A DNA stretch of 64,000 nt from Minisyncoccota bacterium (GTDB lineage Bacteria > Patescibacteriota > Minisyncoccia > Phycocordibacterales > UBA918), in contig JAWKSQ010000003.1 in NCBI GenBank assembly GCA_041389045.1, positions 105,598-169,597 of the forward strand. The letters run 5' to 3'. Position numbers and translations under genes: made by a program. Below are positions 1 through 10,686 of the stretch, in pieces. The notes below the pieces were generated by a model. The model ran no database searches. It was not told the DNA's origin and saw nothing but the letters and a program-made list of their open reading frames with translations. Each line of letters begins with the position of its first letter. Position 1 is the stretch's first letter.

Positions 1-237
1 ATGGCAGCCCTGCCCATCTTCCTCCTCAGATCAAAACTCAAAGACGATACTGACCTTTCCCCTAGACATAAAAAGCTATTAGCTGAGGCTGAGGCAATAG
101 AGCAACAAGTATTTCATCACTTTAATCGAGATAAAGAAAACCAACTGATTATGTTCAGGTTGGGATATGCCAAACCGATTAAAGTTGGCACCCTAAGAAG
201 ACCTTTAAGTTCATTTATTAAGGATAATAATAATTAA
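1..237 (+). CDS. C-terminal fragment of a nitroreductase-family protein (5' end outside window)
   Basis: The frame is open from the window edge. Its tail FRLGYAKPIKVGTLRRP parallels the tail FRMGYNNEKSRRAFRYEP of the next ORF, suggesting tandem paralogs. Confidence 0.4.
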   Translation: MAALPIFLLRSKLKDDTDLSPRHKKLLAEAEAIEQQVFHHFNRDKENQLIMFRLGYAKPIKVGTLRRPLSSFIKDNNN

Positions 238-248
238 GTAACAAAACC

Positions 249-1316
249 ATGGAAAAGAACGAACTTCAAAAAGACATTTCGAAAATTATCTATGACGGCA
301 TTCAAGCCCCTTCTGGAGAAAATTCCCAACCATGGCAATTTATTGTCGACAAAAATGTTATTCATGTCCTCAATATCGAAAATCGTGATTCAACTTTGTA
401 CAATAGTGGTCAACACGGTTCATTTGTTGCCCATGGTGCCCTGATAGAAAACATGGTGATTAGTGCCAGTCATTATGGCTACAGGGTAGAAATAACCACC
501 TTTCCCAGCGGTGACTCTGGCGTAATCGCCAAACTGGTACTCCACGAAGAGCCGATAGCGGAGGACCCACTCTACGCTAGTATCCACCATCGCCAAACCA
601 ACCGACATAAATACAATAAGATACCTATCTCCAAAGCCAACCAAGCGTTGCTAGTGGACGCTTGTGCCGAGTTTGAAGGAAATGTTTTTAAGATTGTGGA
701 CGATCCAGACAAGTTAGACATCTTAGCCAACGCTAGCGCTACCGTGGAAAGACTGATGTTTAGAAATAAGGCTTTTCATCGCTTCTTTTTCAAGCACTTC
801 TTTGAAAAGCAGTACGATGAGCACGAACCATCTGGCCTGTATATAGACACACTAGGCATGAGTGCGTTTGAAAAATTTGGTATTAAGTTAATTAAAAATT
901 GGCCGATTGCTTATCTGTTTAATTTGCTTGGCATCGCCCGCATCAATTCTAGAATGCGCGCTCAGCATTACCGACAAAGTGCGGCTTTTGGTGTGGTGGT
1001 GACCTATGGTGACCAACCTCACGATTACTTAGAAGCGGGTCGAGCAATGGAAAGAGTCTGGCTTAAGAGTACTGAGCTGGGTATTAGTCTACAACCATGC
1101 GTTGGTGTCCTTTATCTTTGGGAAGGGCTAATGAAAAATGCGGAATCAGTTTTTTCTGAATCAGACAAAAATCTAGTCGAGACCGCCCGTAACCAAATCC
1201 TTGAAGTCTTTGAAGTACAAGGTAAGACTATTCCGATGTTTTTCCGAATGGGGTACAACAACGAAAAAAGCCGCCGGGCCTTCCGCTACGAACCACGTAT
1301 TGATTACATCTCTTAG
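249..1316 (+). CDS. Nitroreductase-family FMN oxidoreductase (two-lobed, Acg-like length)
   Basis: 355-aa ORF. The N-terminal motif GIQAPSGENSQPWQF is typical of the nitroreductase fold. Confidence 0.6.
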   Translation: MEKNELQKDISKIIYDGIQAPSGENSQPWQFIVDKNVIHVLNIENRDSTLYNSGQHGSFVAHGALIENMVISASHYGYRVEITTFPSGDSGVIAKLVLHEEPIAEDPLYASIHHRQTNRHKYNKIPISKANQALLVDACAEFEGNVFKIVDDPDKLDILANASATVERLMFRNKAFHRFFFKHFFEKQYDEHEPSGLYIDTLGMSAFEKFGIKLIKNWPIAYLFNLLGIARINSRMRAQHYRQSAAFGVVVTYGDQPHDYLEAGRAMERVWLKSTELGISLQPCVGVLYLWEGLMKNAESVFSESDKNLVETARNQILEVFEVQGKTIPMFFRMGYNNEKSRRAFRYEPRIDYIS

Positions 1317-1368
1317 TAAATCTTCTTAATTATAAAGTGGTAATAATTACAATTTATAGAAACTGACC

Positions 1369-1959
1369 ATGAAATATTACCTCCCTACTTTTACTTTCGT
1401 ATTATTGTTATCATTTTTTGGTTTTTTTAACTACGCATCCGCACTCCCTGCACCGTCTGAACGCTTTGAAAATTTTGATTGCATCAAAAAACCTCAAGTG
1501 GAGTCAAGTGAACCAGCCTTTGTTTATGATGAGTTTTGTAACGAAAGTGAATATTTTGACTTAGGACCTAGTCGAAGAGAGAGATTCTTGACCTATTATA
1601 AAACATTAGAAATTAACGATACCCAACTTAATCAATGCGCTGAACTCATGAGTCAAGCAAACCTGCAATACTACACACTGGATTGTGACACAACCCTAAA
1701 AACTTACATCGAAGATTGGCGCAACTCAGAAATGACTACACGTCAAAAGTTTGAAAAGTATGCTGTTTATGTTCTCATCCCCTTAAATGCTTATATTCTT
1801 CCATTCTTACTTTTGGTTTCAATAATTATTACACCGACCGGTTTAATACTAAGTCTATTTAAAAAGAGAAGACCTCTAGGTAAAAAGTTAGCTCTGTACG
1901 GGACAGTAATCTTAGCTTCAATCTTAATCTTTTGGATGATTTTGAATATTTATTATTAG
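1369..1959 (+). CDS. Hypothetical secreted/membrane protein
   Basis: 196-aa ORF with an N-terminal hydrophobic signal-like segment and two C-terminal hydrophobic helices. No recognisable family. Confidence 0.4.
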   Translation: MKYYLPTFTFVLLLSFFGFFNYASALPAPSERFENFDCIKKPQVESSEPAFVYDEFCNESEYFDLGPSRRERFLTYYKTLEINDTQLNQCAELMSQANLQYYTLDCDTTLKTYIEDWRNSEMTTRQKFEKYAVYVLIPLNAYILPFLLLVSIIITPTGLILSLFKKRRPLGKKLALYGTVILASILIFWMILNIYY

Positions 1960-2067
1960 CCACTAATAATGCACACAACGATATAAAAAATGTAGAAAAA
2001 TATAGAGAATAGGAGAAGTTAAAAGATATGAACAATTGTTGTCACCACATCAATCAAAAGTCCTAAC

Positions 2068-2763
2068 TTACTTACCTATCAACTTTATTATCACCTCCTC
2101 TACTACCGGCATTAGATACTGGTCGACGACTTTGCCATAACCAACCTGGTTGAGATGAATACCGTCGGATAATTTGTTGGCATTATCTAAGAAAATTTCG
2201 GCAGTTAAAAACGGTACTAAAAGGATGTTGTGTTTTTCGGCCAACTCTTCGTAAATACTATCAAACTCATTTTTGTAGCCTAAACCAGCATTGAGTGGCG
2301 CTTGCATCTGGAGCAAAATTACGACTGGTGGATTGACACCACCTTTTAAAATACCAATTGTTTCGTCAATATTCTTTCGTGTTTCCGATATCGGAAGTAA
2401 ACGTAATGCATCATTACCTCCAATACCCAAGAGGACAATATCCGGGTTTTGTGAGCGAATAAAGCTGGCTCGCTCCAAGTTACCCTTGGTTGTCTCGCCA
2501 CTAACACCAGAATTAATGACGGTCACCGCTAATTGTTTAGCTGTGAGCGCTGTCTCGAGTTGTGCCGGATAACTATCACTGATTGGTAAACCGAGTCCGG
2601 CCGTTAAACTATCGCCAAAGGCAACTATCTTAACCTTATCTTCCATGCTAGCTTTTGGCTTGATATCAGAGATAACTTTATCGTTACTTAGCCCAGACAG
2701 TAGATAGAAGGCTCCGGCCAAGAGTATAACAACTAAAATTATGATTTTATTGATTGGTTTCAT
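2068..2763 (-). CDS. SGNH/GDSL hydrolase (TesA-like lipase/arylesterase)
   Basis: Has the VAFGDSLTAG block I, GGNDALR block III and a DGIHLN C-terminal block. An N-terminal membrane anchor is present. Confidence 0.8.
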   Translation of the reverse strand: MKPINKIIILVVILLAGAFYLLSGLSNDKVISDIKPKASMEDKVKIVAFGDSLTAGLGLPISDSYPAQLETALTAKQLAVTVINSGVSGETTKGNLERASFIRSQNPDIVLLGIGGNDALRLLPISETRKNIDETIGILKGGVNPPVVILLQMQAPLNAGLGYKNEFDSIYEELAEKHNILLVPFLTAEIFLDNANKLSDGIHLNQVGYGKVVDQYLMPVVEEVIIKLIGK

Positions 2764-5236
2764 ATGACATTAGTTCTCTTAAAGGCATTGTATCAGTTTT
2801 GAACAAGTAAAGACCAATCAGACCCACAAAGACGCCGATGATTGATAGTCCGAATATTAATTGCGAGTTAAATAAAATTACCTGGTCGAGCTTCAAGAAA
2901 TACTCACTAACTAACCAAGTAACCACAATACTCAGTAGATAGGCACTGACAGCTGCCAGCAAAGTTAGAGAAACTGTTTCGGCTAAATACAGCTTCAGCA
3001 CTGAAACCTTAGTGCCTCCGATAGCCCTTATCCTCGCCCCCTCTCTCCGTCTCGAAGCATAAGAAGACACTACCAAGGTAGCGATAAGTAACGTCGCAAT
3101 TAACAAAGGTGGGAAAGTCACCACCAGAATCATCACCAGTAAGGTACTGACGATTTGCACCACCAGTGAGCCGATGTTTTGCGTTTCAATCACTGAAACA
3201 TTTGGCATGTTAGTGGCTAAAAACTTCCCTAGTTCCTTTTGTCTTGTAGGCTCATAATCAGCGTAACCAAAATAGACTCCAGGAAAATTAGCTAAGTCTT
3301 CCGGTGAAAAAATGAAATAGAAATACGGTAAACCAGAGCGGGTGTCTGTACTACGCAAACTAGTGACTGTACCACTTACTTCAAAGCCTTGGACGGTAAA
3401 AACTAGAGTGGAGCCGATATCAATGTTAGCCCTTTCAGCAAAACTTTCTTCCACCGAAATCTCCCCCGCTCTGCCTCTACCCCACACCCCCTTGGTCACT
3501 TGATCACTGTTAGGGATTTCGGTGTCAGAAGTAATATTGAACTCCCGACCAAGCTCTCTGTCGACTTCAGGATTACGGACAGCTAACTCAGCCTGTACTT
3601 GTAAGTCATCAATACTGACAATCCGAGCGGGAATATTGGCAAACAGATTTAGGTCTGGGAAAGCTTCCGTGACCGCATCCTTTTGTGATGGCTGTATATC
3701 TAAAACGTAAGTCGTGGGGATGGTACTAGATAAGTCATTTTCTAAATAGCTTTGTAAAGAAATTTGTAGCAAAGATAATGTAGACAAAGCCGTCAGAGCC
3801 ACAAAGAGTGAGGTGAAAGACACCACGCCAAACAGCCCATCCGCTTTCTTTTGACTAATGATACTTCGTAGCGGTGAGGAAAATAGCTGTCTCTTCTTAT
3901 AGACATAAGATAACAACCAAGCAAATACACCTGAGACCAGTACATACACCAAAATAATCGCTACCATCACTAGTAGACCATCGATCAGACTACCTAGTAG
4001 AAAAGTTGCCAGAGCCACTAACGGCAACAAAGTAAAGAAGGTAATAGTGAGCACTGTCCGCAGTGGAATTTTTTGTTTAACATCTCCCCCGCCAATAAGT
4101 ATCTGCCTTGGATTTAAGGCTAGACTTTGTCTGGTAGCCGGTACAAAAGAAGCCACCGCAATAGCGATAATTAGACCACTACAGATCAGTGCGTACAAAA
4201 CATAATCTGGAGTTGGTAGATCAATTAAGTAAGCTTGTCCAATATAATTAGCTAATTCAGAAAAGACCAGAGCGCCCAATAGTATCCCGATCAGACAAGC
4301 AAAAATAACCACATAGAGTAAGGCTGAGCCGAGAATACCCACCAAAGTGCGTTTGTTTATACCGAGGGCTAGTAAAACCGCCAGACTTTTTCTCTCCACT
4401 GTCACCAAGTACAAAGTACTAGAATAAATATTTACCGCTGCCAAAACAGAAGTAATCAAAACTGCAACCACCAGAAAGTCCGTCACCGTCTGCAGGCCGA
4501 ACCGCAAACCACGACCTTCTTGTCCAGCTATATCGACATCAATTTTCGGCACATAACTTTTCTCTACTTCTCTTATTACTTCCTTTTCTCGCAGTGATAA
4601 GGGGTCGAACTTACCAGCCACACTGTATTCGGCTCGCAGTAACTGTGGATCTACATTGGCTGAAATAAATCCCTCAGTACTGATAAAGGCTTTTGGTAAA
4701 AATCTAAAGCCACCAAAAAGTGAGGTGGGTTCAGATACCACGATCCCCGACACAGTGAAAGTCTGTTCACCAAAGGTAACTGCGTCTCCAACGGTCACAG
4801 ACAGACGCTCAACACCAGTCTGATCCAATAAAATCTGTTGATCATTAACACCAACATACTCACCTTCTGCCAACACAAACTCCCCGTAAAGCGGGTAAGC
4901 GCTATCAATTACTTCTAGTGAAAAAGGGGATGTTTCGGATAAGCTTTGTAGAGTACCAGAAAAAGAAATCTTACTAGTCACCTCCTTTGGACTGATACCG
5001 GTTGCCTGCCAAAAAGCGTCAGCCTCTATAGGACTAGTACTCTCTAAGACGACATCCCCTCCCTGTAGGTCCTTAGCCTGTTCTTCAAGCAGTAAGGCAC
5101 TGGAGCTTGTCAAAAGCAAGACCAAGCTCATAACAATAGCTGTAATGACGAGCGACAAAAACGGCAAAACAAACCTGCGCCACTCACGTTTGACTAGCCG
5201 GTAACTGTAACTAGCAGTCAAACTAAGCACGTTCAT
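2747..5236 (-). CDS. ABC transporter permease, FtsX/MacB-type (YbbP-like, duplicated FtsX domains)
   Basis: 829 aa with many TM helices and large periplasmic loops. It overlaps the upstream ATPase gene by 14 nt. Confidence 0.75.
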   Translation of the reverse strand: MNVLSLTASYSYRLVKREWRRFVLPFLSLVITAIVMSLVLLLTSSSALLLEEQAKDLQGGDVVLESTSPIEADAFWQATGISPKEVTSKISFSGTLQSLSETSPFSLEVIDSAYPLYGEFVLAEGEYVGVNDQQILLDQTGVERLSVTVGDAVTFGEQTFTVSGIVVSEPTSLFGGFRFLPKAFISTEGFISANVDPQLLRAEYSVAGKFDPLSLREKEVIREVEKSYVPKIDVDIAGQEGRGLRFGLQTVTDFLVVAVLITSVLAAVNIYSSTLYLVTVERKSLAVLLALGINKRTLVGILGSALLYVVIFACLIGILLGALVFSELANYIGQAYLIDLPTPDYVLYALICSGLIIAIAVASFVPATRQSLALNPRQILIGGGDVKQKIPLRTVLTITFFTLLPLVALATFLLGSLIDGLLVMVAIILVYVLVSGVFAWLLSYVYKKRQLFSSPLRSIISQKKADGLFGVVSFTSLFVALTALSTLSLLQISLQSYLENDLSSTIPTTYVLDIQPSQKDAVTEAFPDLNLFANIPARIVSIDDLQVQAELAVRNPEVDRELGREFNITSDTEIPNSDQVTKGVWGRGRAGEISVEESFAERANIDIGSTLVFTVQGFEVSGTVTSLRSTDTRSGLPYFYFIFSPEDLANFPGVYFGYADYEPTRQKELGKFLATNMPNVSVIETQNIGSLVVQIVSTLLVMILVVTFPPLLIATLLIATLVVSSYASRRREGARIRAIGGTKVSVLKLYLAETVSLTLLAAVSAYLLSIVVTWLVSEYFLKLDQVILFNSQLIFGLSIIGVFVGLIGLYLFKTDTMPLRELMSYETNQ

Positions 5237-5921
5237 GAAGATTTTTATCTCTTAACTCAAATACTCTATCCATTTTACCAGCCACCCCTTCATCATGAGT
5301 AATTATAATCAAAGTCGTATCCTGACTATCTACCGCCTCAAGGAGCATCGACAAGACTTTTTCACCAGTCACTCTATCCAGACTACCAGTAGGTTCATCA
5401 GCTAGTATCAACGCTGGTTTCCTGACTAAAGCCCGAGCAATAGCTACTCGTTGCTTTTCACCACCAGAGAGAGTGTGAGGCATTGCTTCACTACGCTCAC
5501 TAAGACCGATAGAGGTGATCAGGTTCTGCGCCTCACTGACATCAGTCGCCAAAAGTGACCCACCAATCTCTAGTGGAGCCATGACGTTTTCGGTTACATT
5601 AAATGGTGAAATTAGCTCGAATGACTGAAAGATGAAGCCAATTTTTTCGTTACGAAACTTTGCCTGCCTTGCCTCACTTAGTTCATTTACTATTTCTCCG
5701 TCTACAGTAATGGTGCCAGTCGTTGGAGTATCTAAGAGACCGATGAGTGAAAGCAGGGTTGACTTACCAGAGCCAGACGGACCTACTATAGCCACCTTTT
5801 CTCCTTTATTAACTACAAAGTTAACCTGATCAAGAATAGTAATATCTCCCTGGCTGGTGGAAAAAGTTTTACTGACATTCGCTACTTCTAAAATAGGTTT
5901 GGTTTTTGTATCCATGATCAT
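5223..5921 (-). CDS. ABC transporter ATP-binding protein (YbbA/LolD-like)
   Basis: Walker [10 protein letters not shown], signature LSGGEKQR and Walker B ILADEPT are present. Confidence 0.9.
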   Translation of the reverse strand: MIMDTKTKPILEVANVSKTFSTSQGDITILDQVNFVVNKGEKVAIVGPSGSGKSTLLSLIGLLDTPTTGTITVDGEIVNELSEARQAKFRNEKIGFIFQSFELISPFNVTENVMAPLEIGGSLLATDVSEAQNLITSIGLSERSEAMPHTLSGGEKQRVAIARALVRKPALILADEPTGSLDRVTGEKVLSMLLEAVDSQDTTLIIITHDEGVAGKMDRVFELRDKNLHERA

Positions 5922-5962
5922 GAGTATAACATGATCATATTTTATCGCTTAATTGAGCTTCT

Positions 5963-7258
5963 TTAAATGCTTTTTGCCGTCCAAGTACGGTCTTGACGCA
6001 CTAGTAGCTCACCGGCTCTTTCTGGTTCCTGCATAACTTCTTCGACTACCCTCTCTGCCCTGACACCTTGTGACCCTTTAACCAAAACCACATCACCTGG
6101 CTTCAAGAAATTTTGTAGTTCCTTACCCGCTCTCTCAACTTCATCGTATTGAAATATTTGTGCTTCGTCTAAACCATGACTCAGAGCCGACTGTGCGGTA
6201 CGCTGAGAGCGAATACCTAGTGTAAATAGGACGTCAACGCACTGAGAAGCTAACTCACCTACCCTTTCGTGTTCTCGAGCGGAAAACCGACCAAGTTCAA
6301 GCATGTCACCTAAAATGGCAATCTTGCGCTTCGCGTAACGGATTTCCTTCATAGTCATCAGAGCTTGCTCAACCGCTATTGGTGAAGAATTGTAAGTATC
6401 GTCAATGATGGTAGTACCCTTTAAACCTTTAATGATTCTCATTCTCCCTGGTGGCGGCAAATGTTCCTCTAGGGCGGTAGCGGCATCCTGCATGGAAATA
6501 CCGCACTGCATCGCTACCGCAATGGCTCCAGTATAAGTGTAGACTAGTTGTGTACCAATGGCCCCGCTCGCTTTTACTGCTTGAGATTGACCTAAATGAC
6601 TCACAGTAAAACTCACCCCGACCGGTGCGTCATCATGATAATAAATTTCATCCTTACTCGCAGTGAACTGCGTTGCTAAGTAACGACTATAACCGATAGT
6701 TTGTTGGCGAATGTTAGCTAGCTGTGACTGAATGATTTGGTCGTCATGATTATAAATCACCACCCCCTCTGGCTTCAGCGCTTCTACCAAAACCATCTTT
6801 TCCTCTATCACCGCCTCTGGTCCACTAAAGAATTCGACATGTACCGGCACATCAGGAAACCGCGTCAACACCACCATGTCTGGCTTAATCCAGCTAGCTA
6901 GCTTCTTCATATCACCCGGTCTATCGACACCAGTTTCTAATATCAAGTAAGCTGGGTACTCTTTAGATAAAAATGCTAAGTAAAAACCATCGAAGATGTT
7001 TTTAAGCCAAATAAATGGATTACTCCAACCATTAGGTAAACCGAGAACGGTCAGCGGTACACCGATATCGGAGTTAAAACTTTTTTCACTTTTACGAGCA
7101 GAGACATGGCGCTTGAGTACGCTATAAATAGCATCTTTCATTGAAGTTTTACCGACATTACCAGTGACCGCAATAATAATTGGCTTGTGACGTTTTAGTA
7201 GAACCTGGGCTTCAAAAGTTATTATAGAAACTACGATTTTTTTGAATAAGTCTTTCAT
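5963..7258 (-). CDS. murF: UDP-N-acetylmuramoyl-tripeptide--D-alanyl-D-alanine ligase
   Basis: Mur ligase P-loop VTGNVGKTS and the IDDTYNSSP motif are present. It sits downstream of ftsI in the dcw cluster. Confidence 0.85.
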   Translation of the reverse strand: MKDLFKKIVVSIITFEAQVLLKRHKPIIIAVTGNVGKTSMKDAIYSVLKRHVSARKSEKSFNSDIGVPLTVLGLPNGWSNPFIWLKNIFDGFYLAFLSKEYPAYLILETGVDRPGDMKKLASWIKPDMVVLTRFPDVPVHVEFFSGPEAVIEEKMVLVEALKPEGVVIYNHDDQIIQSQLANIRQQTIGYSRYLATQFTASKDEIYYHDDAPVGVSFTVSHLGQSQAVKASGAIGTQLVYTYTGAIAVAMQCGISMQDAATALEEHLPPPGRMRIIKGLKGTTIIDDTYNSSPIAVEQALMTMKEIRYAKRKIAILGDMLELGRFSAREHERVGELASQCVDVLFTLGIRSQRTAQSALSHGLDEAQIFQYDEVERAGKELQNFLKPGDVVLVKGSQGVRAERVVEEVMQEPERAGELLVRQDRTWTAKSI

Positions 7259-7295
7259 AATATTTATCTATCTGGTGGTATGTCGTAATAATTAA

Positions 7296-8981
7296 TCAAA
7301 ACTTGGCAATATTCATAAAGGGCTCAGTCAGAGTTTCTGAGGCATATTGTACCCCCTTTGGCTCTACAGTATACATGAATACTAAGAATTCTGGGTCAAA
7401 AGCTGGAAAATAGCCAATAAATGAGTGCAAAAACTTGTCTTCATAATAACCACCATTTTTGGTGTCTGCTATCTGTGCCGTACCAGTCTTGGCACCAATA
7501 GTATGGTTCGGCATCGAGAAAACTCCTCCGCGGAGGGCATTATCTACCACTGTCACCATCATGCTGGAAATTTCCTCACTAGTTGCCTCAGTCAAGACTT
7601 GCTGTCCCTTAGGAAAGAGGATCTCTCTTTCTGTACCATCTTCGTAAACAATTTTTGAAACCAAATGCGGTGTTACTAAGTAGCCACCGTTACCCAAAGT
7701 AGCAAAAGCTCTCGCCGCTGCAATCGGTGTCATAGCAATCCCTTGACCGAATGAAGCCGTAGCATACTCCACATCACGTGGTGATCTTAAGTTATCGACT
7801 AGTCCGAAAGCTTCGTTAGGTAGATCAATACCAGTTTCACTTCCCAATTTATAATTCATGAAATACTCCCGGAATTTTTCTTTACCCATTTTTTGCACTA
7901 TGTGCGATACACCGGTATTTAAAGATTGATTGAGTATTTCCTGCATCGCTACAGTTCCTCTTCCTTTACCGTCATAATTTTTAATAGTAAAGCCATCCAA
8001 CTTAACAAAGCCAGCGTCATAATAGGTTGAATTACGAACAATCGCTCCACTATCCAAACCAGCCGCCACTGTAAGAGCCTTAATCGTAGACCCAAACTCA
8101 TAAACCGTCTCTACCAGCGGATTTCTAAATACATCAATCGATGAACTACCGCGATTATTCAAATCAAAGTTCGGTACAGCACTTAAAGCATAAATAGCGC
8201 CAGTTTTTGGATTCATGATGATGGCACCAGTCAGAGTACTATTATATTTTTGCTGTGTTTCATCTAAAACCGTTTCTAGCATTCTCGCGACGGTCGGTTC
8301 GATAGTGGTTACTATATCCCCTCTGAGTGACTCATCCTTTTTATAGACCACGTCCCCAAGGTTACTAAAGATTTCAGCGAAAATATTTACTGAACGTACA
8401 TCCTGCGTCTTTAAGAGAACGTTATCGTACTGTCGTTCCAAACCATATTTTCCAAACAACTCTGTATCTGACTTATCGGTATAACCAACAAAACCAATAC
8501 TTCTTGCTACCAGAGAACCGCCGGGATAGTAACGCCACTGATTTTTATATAGCTGAACACCTGACAGATCTAAGGTGCGAATTTTATCAGCATCTTCTCT
8601 AGACACTTCTCTAAGTATCTCTACATAGGTACGATTAGGTAAAGTTGCCTGCTCAACACACTTTTCTTTATCTAAATCTACTAGCTGAGTCAACTTCTCA
8701 CACGAAGCTTCCGCCTCCTTTATTAGTTGCGGATTAAAAGCCAACAGATAACCAGACCGAACGGACGCTGCGGCCACATACTTACCATCTCTAGCTGTGA
8801 AATAGATAGTACCCCGTGAATAGAGATCCTGCTTTGTTTGTACGTACTGCTTATCTGCCTTTTCGGTGTAAATAGCACCATGAGCAATTTGAATATAATA
8901 TAATCGCGCCACTAATATTAAAGACAGGAGTAAAATACACCCAGTAATGATACGAATTCTGAGTATCATGTTCCTTCTCAT
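7296..8981 (-). CDS. ftsI: Class B penicillin-binding protein / division transpeptidase
   Basis: N-terminal TM anchor and transpeptidase motifs STIK and KTGTA. Located in the dcw cluster. Confidence 0.85.
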   Translation of the reverse strand: MRRNMILRIRIITGCILLLSLILVARLYYIQIAHGAIYTEKADKQYVQTKQDLYSRGTIYFTARDGKYVAAASVRSGYLLAFNPQLIKEAEASCEKLTQLVDLDKEKCVEQATLPNRTYVEILREVSREDADKIRTLDLSGVQLYKNQWRYYPGGSLVARSIGFVGYTDKSDTELFGKYGLERQYDNVLLKTQDVRSVNIFAEIFSNLGDVVYKKDESLRGDIVTTIEPTVARMLETVLDETQQKYNSTLTGAIIMNPKTGAIYALSAVPNFDLNNRGSSSIDVFRNPLVETVYEFGSTIKALTVAAGLDSGAIVRNSTYYDAGFVKLDGFTIKNYDGKGRGTVAMQEILNQSLNTGVSHIVQKMGKEKFREYFMNYKLGSETGIDLPNEAFGLVDNLRSPRDVEYATASFGQGIAMTPIAAARAFATLGNGGYLVTPHLVSKIVYEDGTEREILFPKGQQVLTEATSEEISSMMVTVVDNALRGGVFSMPNHTIGAKTGTAQIADTKNGGYYEDKFLHSFIGYFPAFDPEFLVFMYTVEPKGVQYASETLTEPFMNIAKF

Positions 8982-8987
8982 AGTGAA

Positions 8988-9305
8988 CTATTCGTTAGCG
9001 TTACGTAATACCAAGCCTTTGTCCCCGGTCGTTATATCTATAAAAATTTTATTCTCTACAGTATTAAAACCCTGTAAAGTAGCTACTTTAGAACTAATAG
9101 TATGATTGGCTTCAATATAGGCTGTTTCCAAATAGGCAATCTCAGACCGTAATTGCCCCATAGATTGGAGCACTTCGTTACGCATGACGACATGCACTAC
9201 AGATAAACTTAAAAAATACATATACGCTACTACCCCAGCTAGCAGTAAAGTGAGGCAACCAGCAGTGATTAAACGATTTGAATTGTACTTTTTCGCGACT
9301 TTCAT
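8988..9305 (-). CDS. FtsL-like small bitopic division protein
   Basis: 105 aa with a single TM helix, lying between rsmH and ftsI. Assigned by position and topology only. Confidence 0.4.
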   Translation of the reverse strand: MKVAKKYNSNRLITAGCLTLLLAGVVAYMYFLSLSVVHVVMRNEVLQSMGQLRSEIAYLETAYIEANHTISSKVATLQGFNTVENKIFIDITTGDKGLVLRNANE

Positions 9306-9310
9306 GGTAT

Positions 9311-10207
9311 TTAAAATAAGTTTTTTTGTATTACCCTAAGTTTTGCACTACGTGCTCGTCCATTTGATAAAATTTCTTCTCGACTGGGAACTATTGGCTT
9401 CTTGGTTAAAAGAGTGTAGTCATCAGTTTTTGCTAACTCTCGAAAAGCGAGCTTCACTACCCTGTCTTCTAAACTGTGAAAAGTTATAATCGCTAGGATC
9501 CCGTTTGGAGATAGAACTTGTACTGCTTCAGCAATAAAATTCTCAACAACTTTCAGTTCATCATTAACGGCGATTCTAAGCGCTTGGAAGGTCTTGGTGG
9601 CTGGATTGGTTTTACCGTTGCGATATGAGGCCGGTACGGCACTACTTATCACTTCAGCTAAAGCTTTAGCGGTTTTGATTTTATCCGCCTTGCGCGCCGT
9701 GACTATGGCTTTAGCAATCCGTCTAGAGTATCTCTCCTCACCGTACCCGTAGATGACATTGGCAATATCTTCTTCCGCCCATGAGTTGACTATGTCATCG
9801 GCGACAAAAAGATAATCTCCTGCTTCACCGTAAGTCATGTAGAGTGGATCCTCACTGGAGAAGGAAAAACCTTTTCCACCGTCAGTAAACTGATCGGAGC
9901 GCCAACCTAGGTCAGCTAGAATTCCGTCTACTCTGTTTATATGTAAAGAACTAACTATTTCTTTTATGTTGACGAAATTATCGTTAACTAGATGATGCTT
10001 TGGACCGCCTTGTAAATCGTTTAGGAACGAATCTACAAACGCAGTTTTATCTGCATCAATGCCAACGTATATCCCATCTTCCCCTAGCTGTGAGCAGATT
10101 GCTCTGCCATGACCTCCAGCTCCGTAAGTAGCATCTATAACGACGCTATCTTTCTTGAGCGAAAGCATTTTCACTGCTTCATCCTTTAAGACTGTGATGT
10201 GATTCAT
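9311..10207 (-). CDS. rsmH: 16S rRNA (cytosine1402-N4)-methyltransferase
   Basis: MNHITVLKDEAV start region and the DATYGAGGH SAM motif. The ATG at 10207 avoids overlap with mraZ; the longest ORF would start at 10240. Confidence 0.9.
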   Translation of the reverse strand: MNHITVLKDEAVKMLSLKKDSVVIDATYGAGGHGRAICSQLGEDGIYVGIDADKTAFVDSFLNDLQGGPKHHLVNDNFVNIKEIVSSLHINRVDGILADLGWRSDQFTDGGKGFSFSSEDPLYMTYGEAGDYLFVADDIVNSWAEEDIANVIYGYGEERYSRRIAKAIVTARKADKIKTAKALAEVISSAVPASYRNGKTNPATKTFQALRIAVNDELKVVENFIAEAVQVLSPNGILAIITFHSLEDRVVKLAFRELAKTDDYTLLTKKPIVPSREEILSNGRARSAKLRVIQKNLF

Positions 10208-10217
10208 GGTAGAAGAG

Positions 10218-10652
10218 TTATAGGACGCCAATCTCACCAAGCTTTTCTGCTAGCGCATCAGCTTGAGTTTCGATCTTACGTTTATACTCAGACCACTTTC
10301 CCTCATCCCAAATTTCGATACGATTGTGAATGCCAGCTAGAACTACATTAGTTGCTAACACTGCAAAATCTTTCAAAAAGTCTGGAACGAGAATACGTCC
10401 AACTGAATCTACCTCCACTTCAACAGCCCCTGATAAGAAGAATCGATTGAAACTTCTTGTATCCGCCTGACCGAGCGGGAGTTGACCAATTTTTTCAGTG
10501 ATCTTCTCCCACTCTCGGAGCGGATATACAAAGAGACAGTTATCAAGACCCCTGGTGATTACAAGCTTTCTCCCAAGTTCCTTGCGCCACTTGGACGGCA
10601 AGGACAGCCGTTTCTTAGGATCCAACGTATGTTTGTATTCACCAATTAACAT
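10218..10652 (-). CDS. mraZ: Transcriptional regulator MraZ
   Basis: 144 aa with MLIGEYKHTLDPKKRLSLP and a second SpoVT/AbrB-like repeat. It is the first gene of the dcw cluster. Confidence 0.9.
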   Translation of the reverse strand: MLIGEYKHTLDPKKRLSLPSKWRKELGRKLVITRGLDNCLFVYPLREWEKITEKIGQLPLGQADTRSFNRFFLSGAVEVEVDSVGRILVPDFLKDFAVLATNVVLAGIHNRIEIWDEGKWSEYKRKIETQADALAEKLGEIGVL

Positions 10653-10686
10653 GTCTTGACTAGTCTATACGACTTTCGCCGTATGT

